Positions 1 through 7,797 of a stretch of DNA of 64,000 nucleotides are shown piece by piece. The stretch's first letter is position 1. Every line of letters starts with the position of its first letter. The notes beneath the pieces were generated by a model. The model was not told where the DNA came from, did no database searches, and saw only the letters and a list, made by a program, of their open reading frames with translations. The translations under genes and the position numbers were made by a program. Source of the stretch: a virus. Taxonomy: Duplodnaviria; Caudoviricetes. The DNA lies in the IMG/VR virus record IMGVR_UViG_3300035698_024184, positions 816 to 64,815 of that record; one strand, given 5' to 3'.

Positions 1-16
1 TATAAGGAATATAGAG

Positions 17-40
17 TCTTAAAACCTCGACATCTTTTTA
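17..40 (-). repeat. Dispersed motif TAAAAAGATGTCGAGGTTTTAAGA (copy 1; copies at 336-359 and, degenerate, 6281-6299)
   Basis: tcttaaaacctcgacatcttttta is identical at 17-40 and 336-359; aaacctcgacatgctttta at 6281-6299; copies 1 and 3 begin at a TAA stop codon. Confidence 0.85.
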
Positions 41-286
41 CATCATCAGCCTTCTTTTTGGCCGCCGCTTCTGTCGCAACATAGTAAGCCAGCTACTAAA
101 CAAACCATTTAGTAACGCCATTTCATATGTTCCTCCATACTTATTAATACACCACTGAATAAATTCTTTAGTAACCTTCTTACTTGGTGTTTTTGCCTTT
201 AAAGTTCCTGCAATATATTCTATCAGATTTTTATCTTTTTCTTCTAATTTTTCATACCAATCATCTAATTTTTTATTTGCTTTCAT
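38..286 (-). CDS. Hypothetical early protein
   Basis: 82 aa ORF with AGAAAGG SD; last 46 nt duplicate part of gene 3129..4016 in another frame. Confidence 0.65.
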   Translation of the reverse strand: MKANKKLDDWYEKLEEKDKNLIEYIAGTLKAKTPSKKVTKEFIQWCINKYGGTYEMALLNGLFSSWLTMLRQKRRPKRRLMM

Positions 287-335
287 TTTTTACTACCTTT
301 CTATTGCCAAATCCCCTAAAACAAGAAATATATCA

Positions 336-359
336 TCTTAAAACCTCGACATCTTTTTA
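336..359 (-). repeat. Dispersed motif copy 2
   Basis: Identical 24-mer to 17-40. Confidence 0.85.
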
Positions 360-407
360 GTTAAAACTGGATAGAAACACCTGTAATTGTTGATAAATGC
401 AGGCTTT

Positions 408-572
408 TTATCTTTTATAATAGAAATATCCAATTTTCTTTTGCGCCATATCTCTTATCTTTTGTATTTCTTCTTTAGGCATAATAAGAGCATAATGTCC
501 TAAAGTAATGGACAAGATTTTTCTCCAATTTTCAATTTGTTTCTCATTTAATTTTTCTTCTTTTATTTTCAT
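408..572 (-). CDS. Hypothetical protein (start revised to MKIKEE)
   Basis: GAAAGG SD upstream of ATG at 572; the longer ORF start lies inside a hairpin. Confidence 0.6.
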   Translation of the reverse strand: MKIKEEKLNEKQIENWRKILSITLGHYALIMPKEEIQKIRDMAQKKIGYFYYKR

Positions 573-585
573 TTCTTTACCTTTC

Positions 586-619
586 AAAAATGGCGGAGTG
601 ATATTAAAAATCACTCCGC
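586..619 (-). terminator. Intrinsic terminator-like hairpin
   Basis: Perfect 10-bp IR gcggagtgat/atcactccgc followed by a T-run on the minus strand. Confidence 0.6.
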
Positions 620-684
620 TGTGTCTTAGAATGTTTGGTTTTTAACCAGAAGTCATAATAATCACCACCTTTTTTACTTCCTTT

Positions 685-966
685 TTATTGCCAAATCCCA
701 CAAAAATGTGGTAATTCTCTTACAAATGTATCCTCCTGATATACACGAATAGTTTTTAGAGGATAATCAATCCTATCTATATCAGGCCATTTAGCCTTCA
801 AAAACCTACTCATATCATCATCTTCTTCAAGATATACTAAATCCGTATTTTTATCATAATAACTATAAGAGGAAATTACAGTCATTAAACCTAATTCTTT
901 TATTTCAGCAAGAGATACTTCCAACCATCCATGCCCCGGATCTTCTATAAAACGATAAGTTTTCAT
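685..966 (-). CDS. Conserved phage hypothetical protein (DPGHGWL...YLEED motif)
   Basis: AGAAAGGA SD before ATG 966; motif familiar from phage hypotheticals. Confidence 0.75.
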   Translation of the reverse strand: MKTYRFIEDPGHGWLEVSLAEIKELGLMTVISSYSYYDKNTDLVYLEEDDDMSRFLKAKWPDIDRIDYPLKTIRVYQEDTFVRELPHFCGIWQ

Positions 967-983
967 TTTTAATTCCTTTCTAA

Positions 984-1034
984 TAGTATAGCGAACCATC
1001 TTATCAATCACTCAATAAGTGGCCCGCCATACTA
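984..1034 (-). promoter_or_regulatory. ~21-bp RNA hairpin immediately upstream of SD (candidate processing site)
   Basis: tagtatggcgggccacttatt pairs with gataagatggttcgctatacta on the minus strand, with four G-U pairs and one bulge. Confidence 0.7.
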
Positions 1035-1056
1035 ACCAAAGTGAACATGTTAGAAT

Positions 1057-1314
1057 TTAACTTTTTTGTAATTCACAACATAGATATTTATTATACTCAA
1101 CATAAATTATACCCTTATCCATATCAGTAGTACGATCAAAATATAGCTTTTTAGGAGAAGTTTTGAAAAAATTCTTACTTACAAACGCTGTTAATTGAAC
1201 ATCATCTTCCCAGTCTCCATCATATTCAACTTCACTATGTGGCCAAGAATCATTAACTTCAAATCCATCAACAGGATTTCCAATAACATCATATTTTCTT
1301 ATTTGTACTAACAT
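1057..1314 (-). CDS. Hypothetical protein
   Basis: 85 aa ORF, YDV.GN..DGFEVND motif. Confidence 0.7.
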   Translation of the reverse strand: MLVQIRKYDVIGNPVDGFEVNDSWPHSEVEYDGDWEDDVQLTAFVSKNFFKTSPKKLYFDRTTDMDKGIIYVEYNKYLCCELQKS

Positions 1315-1346
1315 ATTTTACTTCTTTCTAAAATTTAATATAAAGC

Positions 1347-1375
1347 CTGCGTAGGATCTTCGCACTCCCACGCAG
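1347..1375 (-). promoter_or_regulatory. Intergenic hairpin
   Basis: ctgcgtggga/tcctacgcag stem on the minus strand with one G-U; small ctcc/ggag hairpin adjacent. Confidence 0.5.
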
Positions 1376-1399
1376 ACTCCGAAAGGAGGAACCAGAAAA

Positions 1400-1900
1400 T
1401 TACTTATTAAATTTATTAAACCAATAGGTAACATTTCTTATCCAATTATGATTTACATCATATACATCATCTTTATCATCAAGAGGGCAGTATCTATTTC
1501 CCAAAAATTCAATATATTTTCCTGGACAACCAGCTTTTTTCCACCTAACACGATTTTTTACAACCGTAGCTGCTGCCCATCCAGCTTGAGTATCAAGATT
1601 AGTATTTTTAACTTTTTTAACTCCGAACTCAAATCCTTCTTGGCCATTTTCTGCCTTCCATATCGCTAATAGTATCAAAAAATCATCTTCATAACATTGA
1701 TTTCTAGCTGCTGCTATATGAACAATAGCTAATTGTGCTATTGGAAAAAATTGATCGTAATACGATGATATAAATGGGGGTCTTATTTCTTGAGCTTCTA
1801 CTACAGATTTTCGTAATGATATTATCAAACAAAAAACTGAAAATAGAATAATCAGTATCACAATACTCGTAAAAATCTCATACGTAAGTTTAGTTTTCAT
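1400..1900 (-). CDS. Membrane-anchored lysozyme-like/cell-wall hydrolase-like protein
   Basis: N-terminal TM helix; AIWKAENG...EFGV and FLGNRYCP..NW..NV motifs resemble lysozyme-superfamily proteins. Confidence 0.45.
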   Translation of the reverse strand: MKTKLTYEIFTSIVILIILFSVFCLIISLRKSVVEAQEIRPPFISSYYDQFFPIAQLAIVHIAAARNQCYEDDFLILLAIWKAENGQEGFEFGVKKVKNTNLDTQAGWAAATVVKNRVRWKKAGCPGKYIEFLGNRYCPLDDKDDVYDVNHNWIRNVTYWFNKFNK

Positions 1901-1970
1901 TACTGGGTTCCTAAAAAGAGGTTAAAATTTAACAGACTGGTAGATCAATCTGTTGTATAATAACATCTTT

Positions 1971-2366
1971 TTAATTCGTATCAAAACGATTGCGGCCCCT
2001 AAAACTCGTATTACTTATGGTTTTATTTTCAACTTTTATTTCAGGTTGACTTTGTAAACTTTCGACTTTTTGAGTAGCTAACAATCCCATTAAATTTACC
2101 AACGTCTGTTTACGAGTATTTTCATCAATTTCCTTATATTCATTAGAAATTGGTATATCAACAAATTCGTATAGCTTTTGTATAGCAGAAGACAACTTTG
2201 GTCCTTTAATAAGTATTAAAGCATTATCATCTTCAATAAAAACTATTAATAATTTATTAAAGAGAAAACTAGGGCCTTTTTTATGATCCCCAACTTTAAT
2301 ATCAATATCAAAATTTAATAATGCTTTTAATTTATCAAAATTATCCAAAAATTCTTCAATAGTCAT
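1971..2366 (-). CDS. Hypothetical protein (start revised to MTIEEF)
   Basis: AGAAAGGA SD before ATG 2366. Confidence 0.7.
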   Translation of the reverse strand: MTIEEFLDNFDKLKALLNFDIDIKVGDHKKGPSFLFNKLLIVFIEDDNALILIKGPKLSSAIQKLYEFVDIPISNEYKEIDENTRKQTLVNLMGLLATQKVESLQSQPEIKVENKTISNTSFRGRNRFDTN

Positions 2367-2422
2367 ATTATTATCCTTTCTTATATACAACAGACTGGTA
2401 GGATAACCTGTTACAAATATCA

Positions 2423-2587
2423 CTATACTGAATTTTTAATGTCTAAATGTAATTGTTTCAATTTTGGAGCTTCAGTTACACAATTTATCCAAAAAAGTTG
2501 CTCTTCGTTCATATTATAGACTATCACGTCTGTATCTAACAATTCAGGATATTCTTCTAACTTTTTAATAAGTTCTTTATACGTCAT
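2423..2587 (-). CDS. Small protein, tandem paralog A (MTYKELIKKLEEYPE..., 54 aa)
   Basis: Below the ORF track cutoff; AGAAAGGTAGG SD; first 24 nt identical to paralog B; ends TAG TGA. Confidence 0.75.
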   Translation of the reverse strand: MTYKELIKKLEEYPELLDTDVIVYNMNEEQLFWINCVTEAPKLKQLHLDIKNSV

Positions 2588-2608
2588 AATTTACCTACCT
2601 TTCTATAC

Positions 2609-2785
2609 TTATAAATGATCTGCCATTTTATAAAATTGTAATACAAGCTGGTCAATATCACCATTCATAAAGATATGCTGTACAGAATAACATTCATCTT
2701 CTTCTAAAGAGCAAACTATTACATCCGCATTTAACTCTTTTTCAGGATATTTTTCAAGCATTTTAATAAGTTCTTTATACGTCAT
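2609..2785 (-). CDS. Small protein, tandem paralog B (MTYKELIKMLEKYPE..., 58 aa)
   Basis: Below the ORF track cutoff; GAAAGGA SD; similar to paralog A. Confidence 0.75.
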   Translation of the reverse strand: MTYKELIKMLEKYPEKELNADVIVCSLEEDECYSVQHIFMNGDIDQLVLQFYKMADHL

Positions 2786-2844
2786 AATTTACATCCTTTC
2801 GGTATTCGTAACAGGCCAGTAGAACAATCTGTTAATCATTTGTT

Positions 2845-3033
2845 TTATATTGTTACTGCATCCTTACGAGTTCCATCCTTATTATACACATCTTTAACTT
2901 TTTCTCTCTGAATTGCAACGGTTACCGGAGCCTCAATTCCGATTCTTATACGATTTTTATTAGCTTTTAATATTTGAATTTCCGCATCACCAATACTAAT
3001 TACCTCATTAGGTTTTACAGTTAAAATAAGCAT
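2845..3033 (-). CDS. csrA: CsrA/RsmA-family translational regulator
   Basis: MLILT..PNE.I.IGD..I.IL....IRIGIEAP..V.I.RE pattern. Confidence 0.85.
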   Translation of the reverse strand: MLILTVKPNEVISIGDAEIQILKANKNRIRIGIEAPVTVAIQREKVKDVYNKDGTRKDAVTI

Positions 3034-3128
3034 ATAGATTTCCTTTCTAACAAATTGGTTAACAGACTGGTAGTAAATCCTGACTATTAAATTTATGATT
3101 TATCCTTAAATTAAACGCAAATCAACTT

Positions 3129-4016
3129 TTATTTACGTTTACGTTTTCCTGACGCAGTAGACCTACTTCTACTACGACTTACAGCGATTTTTAATGCTTC
3201 TGTACCACTTTTACCAGCGGCGGTTTTCAACGCTGCTTCCTTAGAAGCAATTTCAGCATCTGCTTCTTTAACAGCGGCTTCTTTTGCAGCTTCTACTTTA
3301 GCTTTTTCAACATCTTTTTCTTCTTTAGCTTTAACCTTTTCAGCATCTTTTTCTGCTTTAGCCTTAGCTTTTTCAACATCACGTGCTGCTTTTACCTTAG
3401 CTTTTTCAGCGTCTTTTTCTGCTTTAGCTTTGACTTTTACTGCTTTAGCTTCAGCAATTACATCATCAGCCTTCTTTTTTGCCGCCGCTTCTATCGCAAC
3501 ATAATTAGGAAGTTTACGTTTCCCAAAACCTTTGCACTTTTGCACAAAAACTTTGGCATCACGCATATCAATTTCCAAGGCTGCTTCTGACGACCAAACA
3601 TCATCAAAATTATCTTCTGTCTCAGCTATCCGCAAAGTAAAATCATGTTTCACACACAAAGCAGAAATAATCTTATTAATTTCTGTAAAAATTTCCTTCG
3701 GCATACCGCCATTAACTCGATTATTACGTTCAATTGCCTTTTCACGATGAGAGTTAATCAGCACCATAACTGGATCAAACGGACTTACAAAAATATAAGC
3801 CTCATGTGAACGATGTGCTCGTCTACCTCTTTCACGGAAAACTTGACAACCTGATCGGGCTTTTGGCGCTCGGTAATAACATACCCTAATACTAGGGATT
3901 TGTAATGTTATACCTGTACGAATATCTTCCATCAACTGACGATAATTTGATTCAACACTTTTGGTAGTAACTTCAGTTTCGGCCTGAGTTTCTACCACAC
4001 TATTAGAATTAGCCAT
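3129..4016 (-). CDS. Hypothetical protein with Lys/Ala/Glu-rich repetitive coiled-coil C-terminus
   Basis: KAKAEKDAEK repeats; basic tail SRSRSRS..KRKRK. Confidence 0.8.
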   Translation of the reverse strand: MANSNSVVETQAETEVTTKSVESNYRQLMEDIRTGITLQIPSIRVCYYRAPKARSGCQVFRERGRRAHRSHEAYIFVSPFDPVMVLINSHREKAIERNNRVNGGMPKEIFTEINKIISALCVKHDFTLRIAETEDNFDDVWSSEAALEIDMRDAKVFVQKCKGFGKRKLPNYVAIEAAAKKKADDVIAEAKAVKVKAKAEKDAEKAKVKAARDVEKAKAKAEKDAEKVKAKEEKDVEKAKVEAAKEAAVKEADAEIASKEAALKTAAGKSGTEALKIAVSRSRSRSTASGKRKRK

Positions 4017-4151
4017 GATTTAATGTCCTTTCATGCTAAGAATAGTCAGGACTTACTACCAGCCTGTTTTACAAGCTGTAATGTATCATTACTTTGATAC
4101 ATTGTTACAAATAATATACATCAATCCCTATTTTGAGCCACGTTTATTAAA

Positions 4152-4475
4152 CTATTCTTTATCAGAATTAAACCAGATAAAAATAACGTTATCGATCGTT
4201 GCTTCAATCAATTTTAATTTTGCATTAACACTTTTGGTAGAAGCTACCAAAATTGTCAACACTTGAAAATTGATTGCCATCGTCATAACTACAGGCAAAC
4301 TAAGTTTACTTTGTAATATAATTTTCAAACGATTGTCTGCTTGAACTCTGGCATAAATTAACTTAGACGCATCTTTCATCTCATATTTTTCATTTATTTT
4401 AACGAGAAATTCTTCAAGAGAATTACCCGTTTGAGCAACTTCAGATACATATTCTTTTAATGTTTGTTCACTCAT
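4152..4475 (-). CDS. Hypothetical protein (start revised to MSEQTL)
   Basis: GAAAGGA SD before ATG 4475. Confidence 0.7.
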   Translation of the reverse strand: MSEQTLKEYVSEVAQTGNSLEEFLVKINEKYEMKDASKLIYARVQADNRLKIILQSKLSLPVVMTMAINFQVLTILVASTKSVNAKLKLIEATIDNVIFIWFNSDKE

Positions 4476-4564
4476 AATAAATCCTTTCATGTAAATAAAC
4501 ATGACCCAAAATAGATATTGACAGATTTTAATATCAATCCCTATTTTGAGTCATACTTTAATTT

Positions 4565-4879
4565 TTAGCTTCTTCGTGAGGATATTTGAGATTTCTCATC
4601 CCAATATGTTGGTAAATCACTTTCAACTTTGAAAGCAAAATCCGTTTCTTCTTGATTTTCAGTATCATAATCGATTACAACTTCAATATAATCCCCAAAA
4701 TCATGTGCCTGTTTGATTAAACGAAACTTTGCTCTATTAGGTGGTTCTCCAAAAACTCGTTTTAATTGTGCAATATATGCTTTACATTCCAAACGAGCTT
4801 TTCGATTATAATCAGAATCACCAACTTGAACACAATTTTCGTCGGCTGGAGTAGGCCCAAGATATAAATACTCAATCAT
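4565..4879 (-). CDS. Conserved phage hypothetical protein (LGPTP.DE.CVQVG...HDFG.Y.EV)
   Basis: Recognisable motif; AGAAAGGA SD. Confidence 0.8.
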   Translation of the reverse strand: MIEYLYLGPTPADENCVQVGDSDYNRKARLECKAYIAQLKRVFGEPPNRAKFRLIKQAHDFGDYIEVVIDYDTENQEETDFAFKVESDLPTYWDEKSQISSRRS

Positions 4880-4970
4880 AATAGTTCCTTTCTATTTTAA
4901 TATGACCCAAAATAGAGATTGATACAAACGTCAATCCCTATTTTGAGTCATGTTTTATTATTCTCAATTT

Positions 4971-5252
4971 TTATCCATAAGCTATTAAAGCGAGTTCTTC
5001 ATAACACGCCCTAACAAGCGACTTTTTTGCATCTATATCATAACATTGCATAATTGAATTTACAAGAACTGACACACATTCTATAACTAAAATTCCACCT
5101 TCTGATTCTACAACCATATGACATATAGTAAACTCGTCATCATTAGTATCCATTTTTTGAATACCATCATAGATTGCTTGATAAGCAATAATTTTTTCTT
5201 TACTATGAACAATACACTTCAAAGACATTTCAAAGTAATCTTTTATTAACAT
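4971..5252 (-). CDS. Hypothetical protein (start revised to MLIKDY)
   Basis: AGAAAGGA SD before ATG 5252. Confidence 0.7.
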   Translation of the reverse strand: MLIKDYFEMSLKCIVHSKEKIIAYQAIYDGIQKMDTNDDEFTICHMVVESEGGILVIECVSVLVNSIMQCYDIDAKKSLVRACYEELALIAYG

Positions 5253-5680
5253 AATAGTTTCCTTTCTATTTTTAGATAAACATGACCCAAAATAGAGATT
5301 GACATTATCTGCCACAATAAAGGATTATTAAAAACTCATCATTCGAGTATAACACATCACATGTTATTCATCCTAAATATCGTATTATCTTTTTGGTTTT
5401 TAACGTGGTTTTCAATGGCTCCTCTACACGTAAATGCCATTCTTTCGATTTTGAGGTTTATTTAATGGCTAGTATTTATACTACTTCGTGCAATTCGTTA
5501 AAGAATCGACCGCTAGATCAGTATTCGCTGCTAGTCCATAGCATATATTTGATCCTAGTCATGTTTGTCCTTAACAGGTAATTTACAGCAACTAATCTGA
5601 AATGAATTTGTCGATCAGTCTAACTGGTGGATTGTATTTTCGCATGGGTGGCTAAAAATACGCAGTTACAAGGCGATTGT

Positions 5681-5709
5681 ATTTTACTGTTGTCGTATTC
5701 GATTGTCAA
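5681..5709 (-). promoter_or_regulatory. sigma70-type promoter P3
   Basis: TTGACA-17 bp-TAAAAT. Confidence 0.8.
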
Positions 5710-5728
5710 AGAACAGACAATAAAATGT

Positions 5729-5757
5729 ATAATATACATTACACATCATATTGTCAA
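5729..5757 (-). promoter_or_regulatory. sigma70-type promoter P2
   Basis: TTGACA-17 bp-TATTAT. Confidence 0.8.
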
Positions 5758-5766
5758 TTATTTAGC

Positions 5767-5794
5767 ATTATAGCATATCTAATATAGGTGTAAA
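5767..5794 (-). promoter_or_regulatory. sigma70-type promoter P1 (extended -10)
   Basis: TTTACA-16 bp-TATAAT with TGn extension; AT-rich upstream. Confidence 0.7.
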
Positions 5795-6296
5795 GAATAA
5801 AATAGTAAAATTTTATATTATTTTATAATAGCTATTTTATTGCATATTTAGCCACAATTAACCTCAAAAATAAATTTCATTAAAATACAATCTCCTCAAT
5901 CAGTAATTTACAGGTAGTACAGGTCAAAAAAGATTAGATAGTTGAACACACTTGAAATGAAGACGTTTTTATTTGAGTTTCTTTACAGTATCAAGACATA
6001 ATTCATCATTTGTTACAAATTAGCCTTAAAATACATCTTAATTCATCAGCTATTACACACACCTTTTTCGTATTATCATAGTCCTTTTTCTATTTAACAG
6101 TCCACCGTCTATAGTTAAAAGTACATCTCCTGCTTTTACTAGCCGAAATTTACCATTTATAAGCATCCATTTATCTTTTTTTATTCTTTTCATCTTAAAT
6201 ACCTCTTTTATTCTCTATTAAACTCGCTAAATAAATCTCGAAACTTCCCACCAAATTTTTGTATTGCATCAGGTAATACCAAACCTCGACATGCTT

Positions 6297-6515
6297 TTAG
6301 CACTTCTCAGCATCAATTCTATAAAGTATATCTTTTTGTCTTTTAGAAAATCTTTTTGGTGGATAGTCTATTAAATTACTAATGAAATTAACTTCCCATT
6401 CAGTAAGATTCATCGCTGTTTTATCAATACATTCTACTAATTTATGTAAATTTATTATTTCTTCATCTATTTTATTTCCTAACATACACATTCTTCCGAA
6501 ATTTCTTTCATCCAT
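6297..6515 (-). CDS. Hypothetical protein (LTEWE.NFI...FS.RQ motif)
   Basis: 72 aa ORF. Confidence 0.65.
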   Translation of the reverse strand: MDERNFGRMCMLGNKIDEEIINLHKLVECIDKTAMNLTEWEVNFISNLIDYPPKRFSKRQKDILYRIDAEKC

Positions 6516-6736
6516 CCAATATTATACTTTTTATAATTATCATTTCCATTTGGATATCTATTACAAGGCTCTATCCTGTCCTTTTTATCTGCTAATTTTT
6601 CACCTTTAGGAACTTCAAAAATATCTGTATCATCCATAAAATTTGATGACCTTAAAATAATTTTAGCACCCCTTTTACGAGCATCTTTTCGATATTGTTT
6701 TAAATTACAATAATTACATGTAGTTAATTCACTCAT
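6479..6736 (-). CDS. Hypothetical CxxC protein
   Basis: 85 aa ORF, overlapping stop/start with neighbour. Confidence 0.65.
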   Translation of the reverse strand: MSELTTCNYCNLKQYRKDARKRGAKIILRSSNFMDDTDIFEVPKGEKLADKKDRIEPCNRYPNGNDNYKKYNIGWMKEISEECVC

Positions 6737-6939
6737 AATAAATCCTTCTTGTTTATTCTTATATCTTTATTTACAATACTAGTATGTTTAATATTCCAAA
6801 AATTAACACACTCTTTAGTACCATAATTTTTACAATCTGTTAAATAACTTTGTAAATGTTTATATGGTATAGCTTTATATCTATAACAACCTCTTTTATT
6901 TGGGCATTTATCATTCAAACACATTGAAATATCTGGCAT
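6733..6939 (-). CDS. Small Cys-rich phage protein (MPDISMC..CP....CYRY)
   Basis: Recognisable phage motif. Confidence 0.7.
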   Translation of the reverse strand: MPDISMCLNDKCPNKRGCYRYKAIPYKHLQSYLTDCKNYGTKECVNFWNIKHTSIVNKDIRINKKDLL

Positions 6940-6941
6940 AA

Positions 6942-7316
6942 TTATCTCTTTTTGATATTTTTATGATCGCAAAGTAGGATACTTAATTGATTACAATTAT
7001 ATTCAATATCGTCTATAATTTTTTCATATCCACAAATTTTACATTTATATAGTTTATTTCGTCTCATATTATTATACGGTCCTATAGCTATAAAATCCGA
7101 TTCAATAGGCTTAGCACCATAATCACAGTATTTATCTTTCCAGTACCTTGTCGGATGATTTTCGTGATCGTTTGAATCCACCATCAATTTAGACCTATCT
7201 AATAAACGACTACAAATTTCCTTTGTTTCTTGCAAAGATTTTTCTTTCATAAATATAGCCATCAAACCTATTGCTACACCTAAATATGTTAATAAAACAT
7301 ATATACCTAAGTTCAT
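6942..7316 (-). CDS. Membrane-anchored hypothetical protein with Zn-ribbon
   Basis: N-terminal TM; CKICG. Confidence 0.65.
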   Translation of the reverse strand: MNLGIYVLLTYLGVAIGLMAIFMKEKSLQETKEICSRLLDRSKLMVDSNDHENHPTRYWKDKYCDYGAKPIESDFIAIGPYNNMRRNKLYKCKICGYEKIIDDIEYNCNQLSILLCDHKNIKKR

Positions 7317-7317
7317 T

Positions 7318-7797
7318 TTATATTCTTTCTATTAAATCAAAAGCATCTAAAATCTGTTCATCAGTAGACGATATATAAATATATGATCGAAATAAGGCTA
7401 CGAAATCACCTCTTTCGTAATCAGTTACCCACATAAATCTTATAAAATACACGGAAGCTAATAATTTCATTTTTTCTGATGAAACCAAATAATTCTTAAA
7501 CATTATCTTAAAGTCAGCAAACTTTTTTAATGTCCTTTTATCAAATCCCCAATCTCCCTTTTTAGAAGCATCTTTATACTGACTTTTTCGTGTACCTAAA
7601 ACTAAATAAGCATCATCTACAAGATGTTGTGAGTAAGGACCATGTTTGTACCAACCAAATCCATAGCCCAATTCGATACCAAACGCCTGTAACATATAAA
7701 TAATTTTTTGCAGTTTTAACCTATTTTCAAAAGAATCTCGTTTCAAATCAAATTCTTTTGCTACCATGTATAAAACTGCTTTTTCGTCAATCTTCAC
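7318..7797 (-). CDS. YwgA/SocA(Panacea)-like antitoxin-family protein
   Basis: RLKLQK..Y.LQ..G....Y.F.WY..GPYS..L motif. Confidence 0.7.
   Translation of the reverse strand: MKIDEKAVLYMVAKEFDLKRDSFENRLKLQKIIYMLQAFGIELGYGFGWYKHGPYSQHLVDDAYLVLGTRKSQYKDASKKGDWGFDKRTLKKFADFKIMFKNYLVSSEKMKLLASVYFIRFMWVTDYERGDFVALFRSYIYISSTDEQILDAFDLIERI

Larger units (their letters stand above)
1946..5303 (-). repeat. Array of seven gene-bracketing inverted-repeat arm pairs
   Basis: Pairs 1946-1963/2381-2397, 2404-2422/2800-2818, 2825-2844/3049-3069, 3061-3088/4041-4068, 4121-4148/4494-4521, 4532-4555/4901-4924, 4930-4955/5278-5303. Confidence 0.9.

Noticed and set aside
1046-1939. Eighth bracketing pair (1919-1939 with 1046-1063)
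   Set aside because: The best partner has three true mismatches in 16 AT-rich positions, too weak to claim.
38-3503. DGR template/variable repeat pair
   Set aside because: Only 46 nt, with two differences that are not both at adenines on one strand, in different reading frames; no reverse transcriptase in the window.
4121-5303. CRISPR array interpretation of the ATGACCCAAAATAG repeats
   Set aside because: The repeats alternate in orientation and are separated by whole genes (300-400 nt), not ~35-nt spacers; there is no cas operon.
1931-5303. Classical integron attC cassette array or IS/MITE elements
   Set aside because: No consistent RYYYAAC...GTTRRRY boxes, no integrase or transposase in the window, and no target-site duplications seen; kept only as an alternative to the RNA-stem model.
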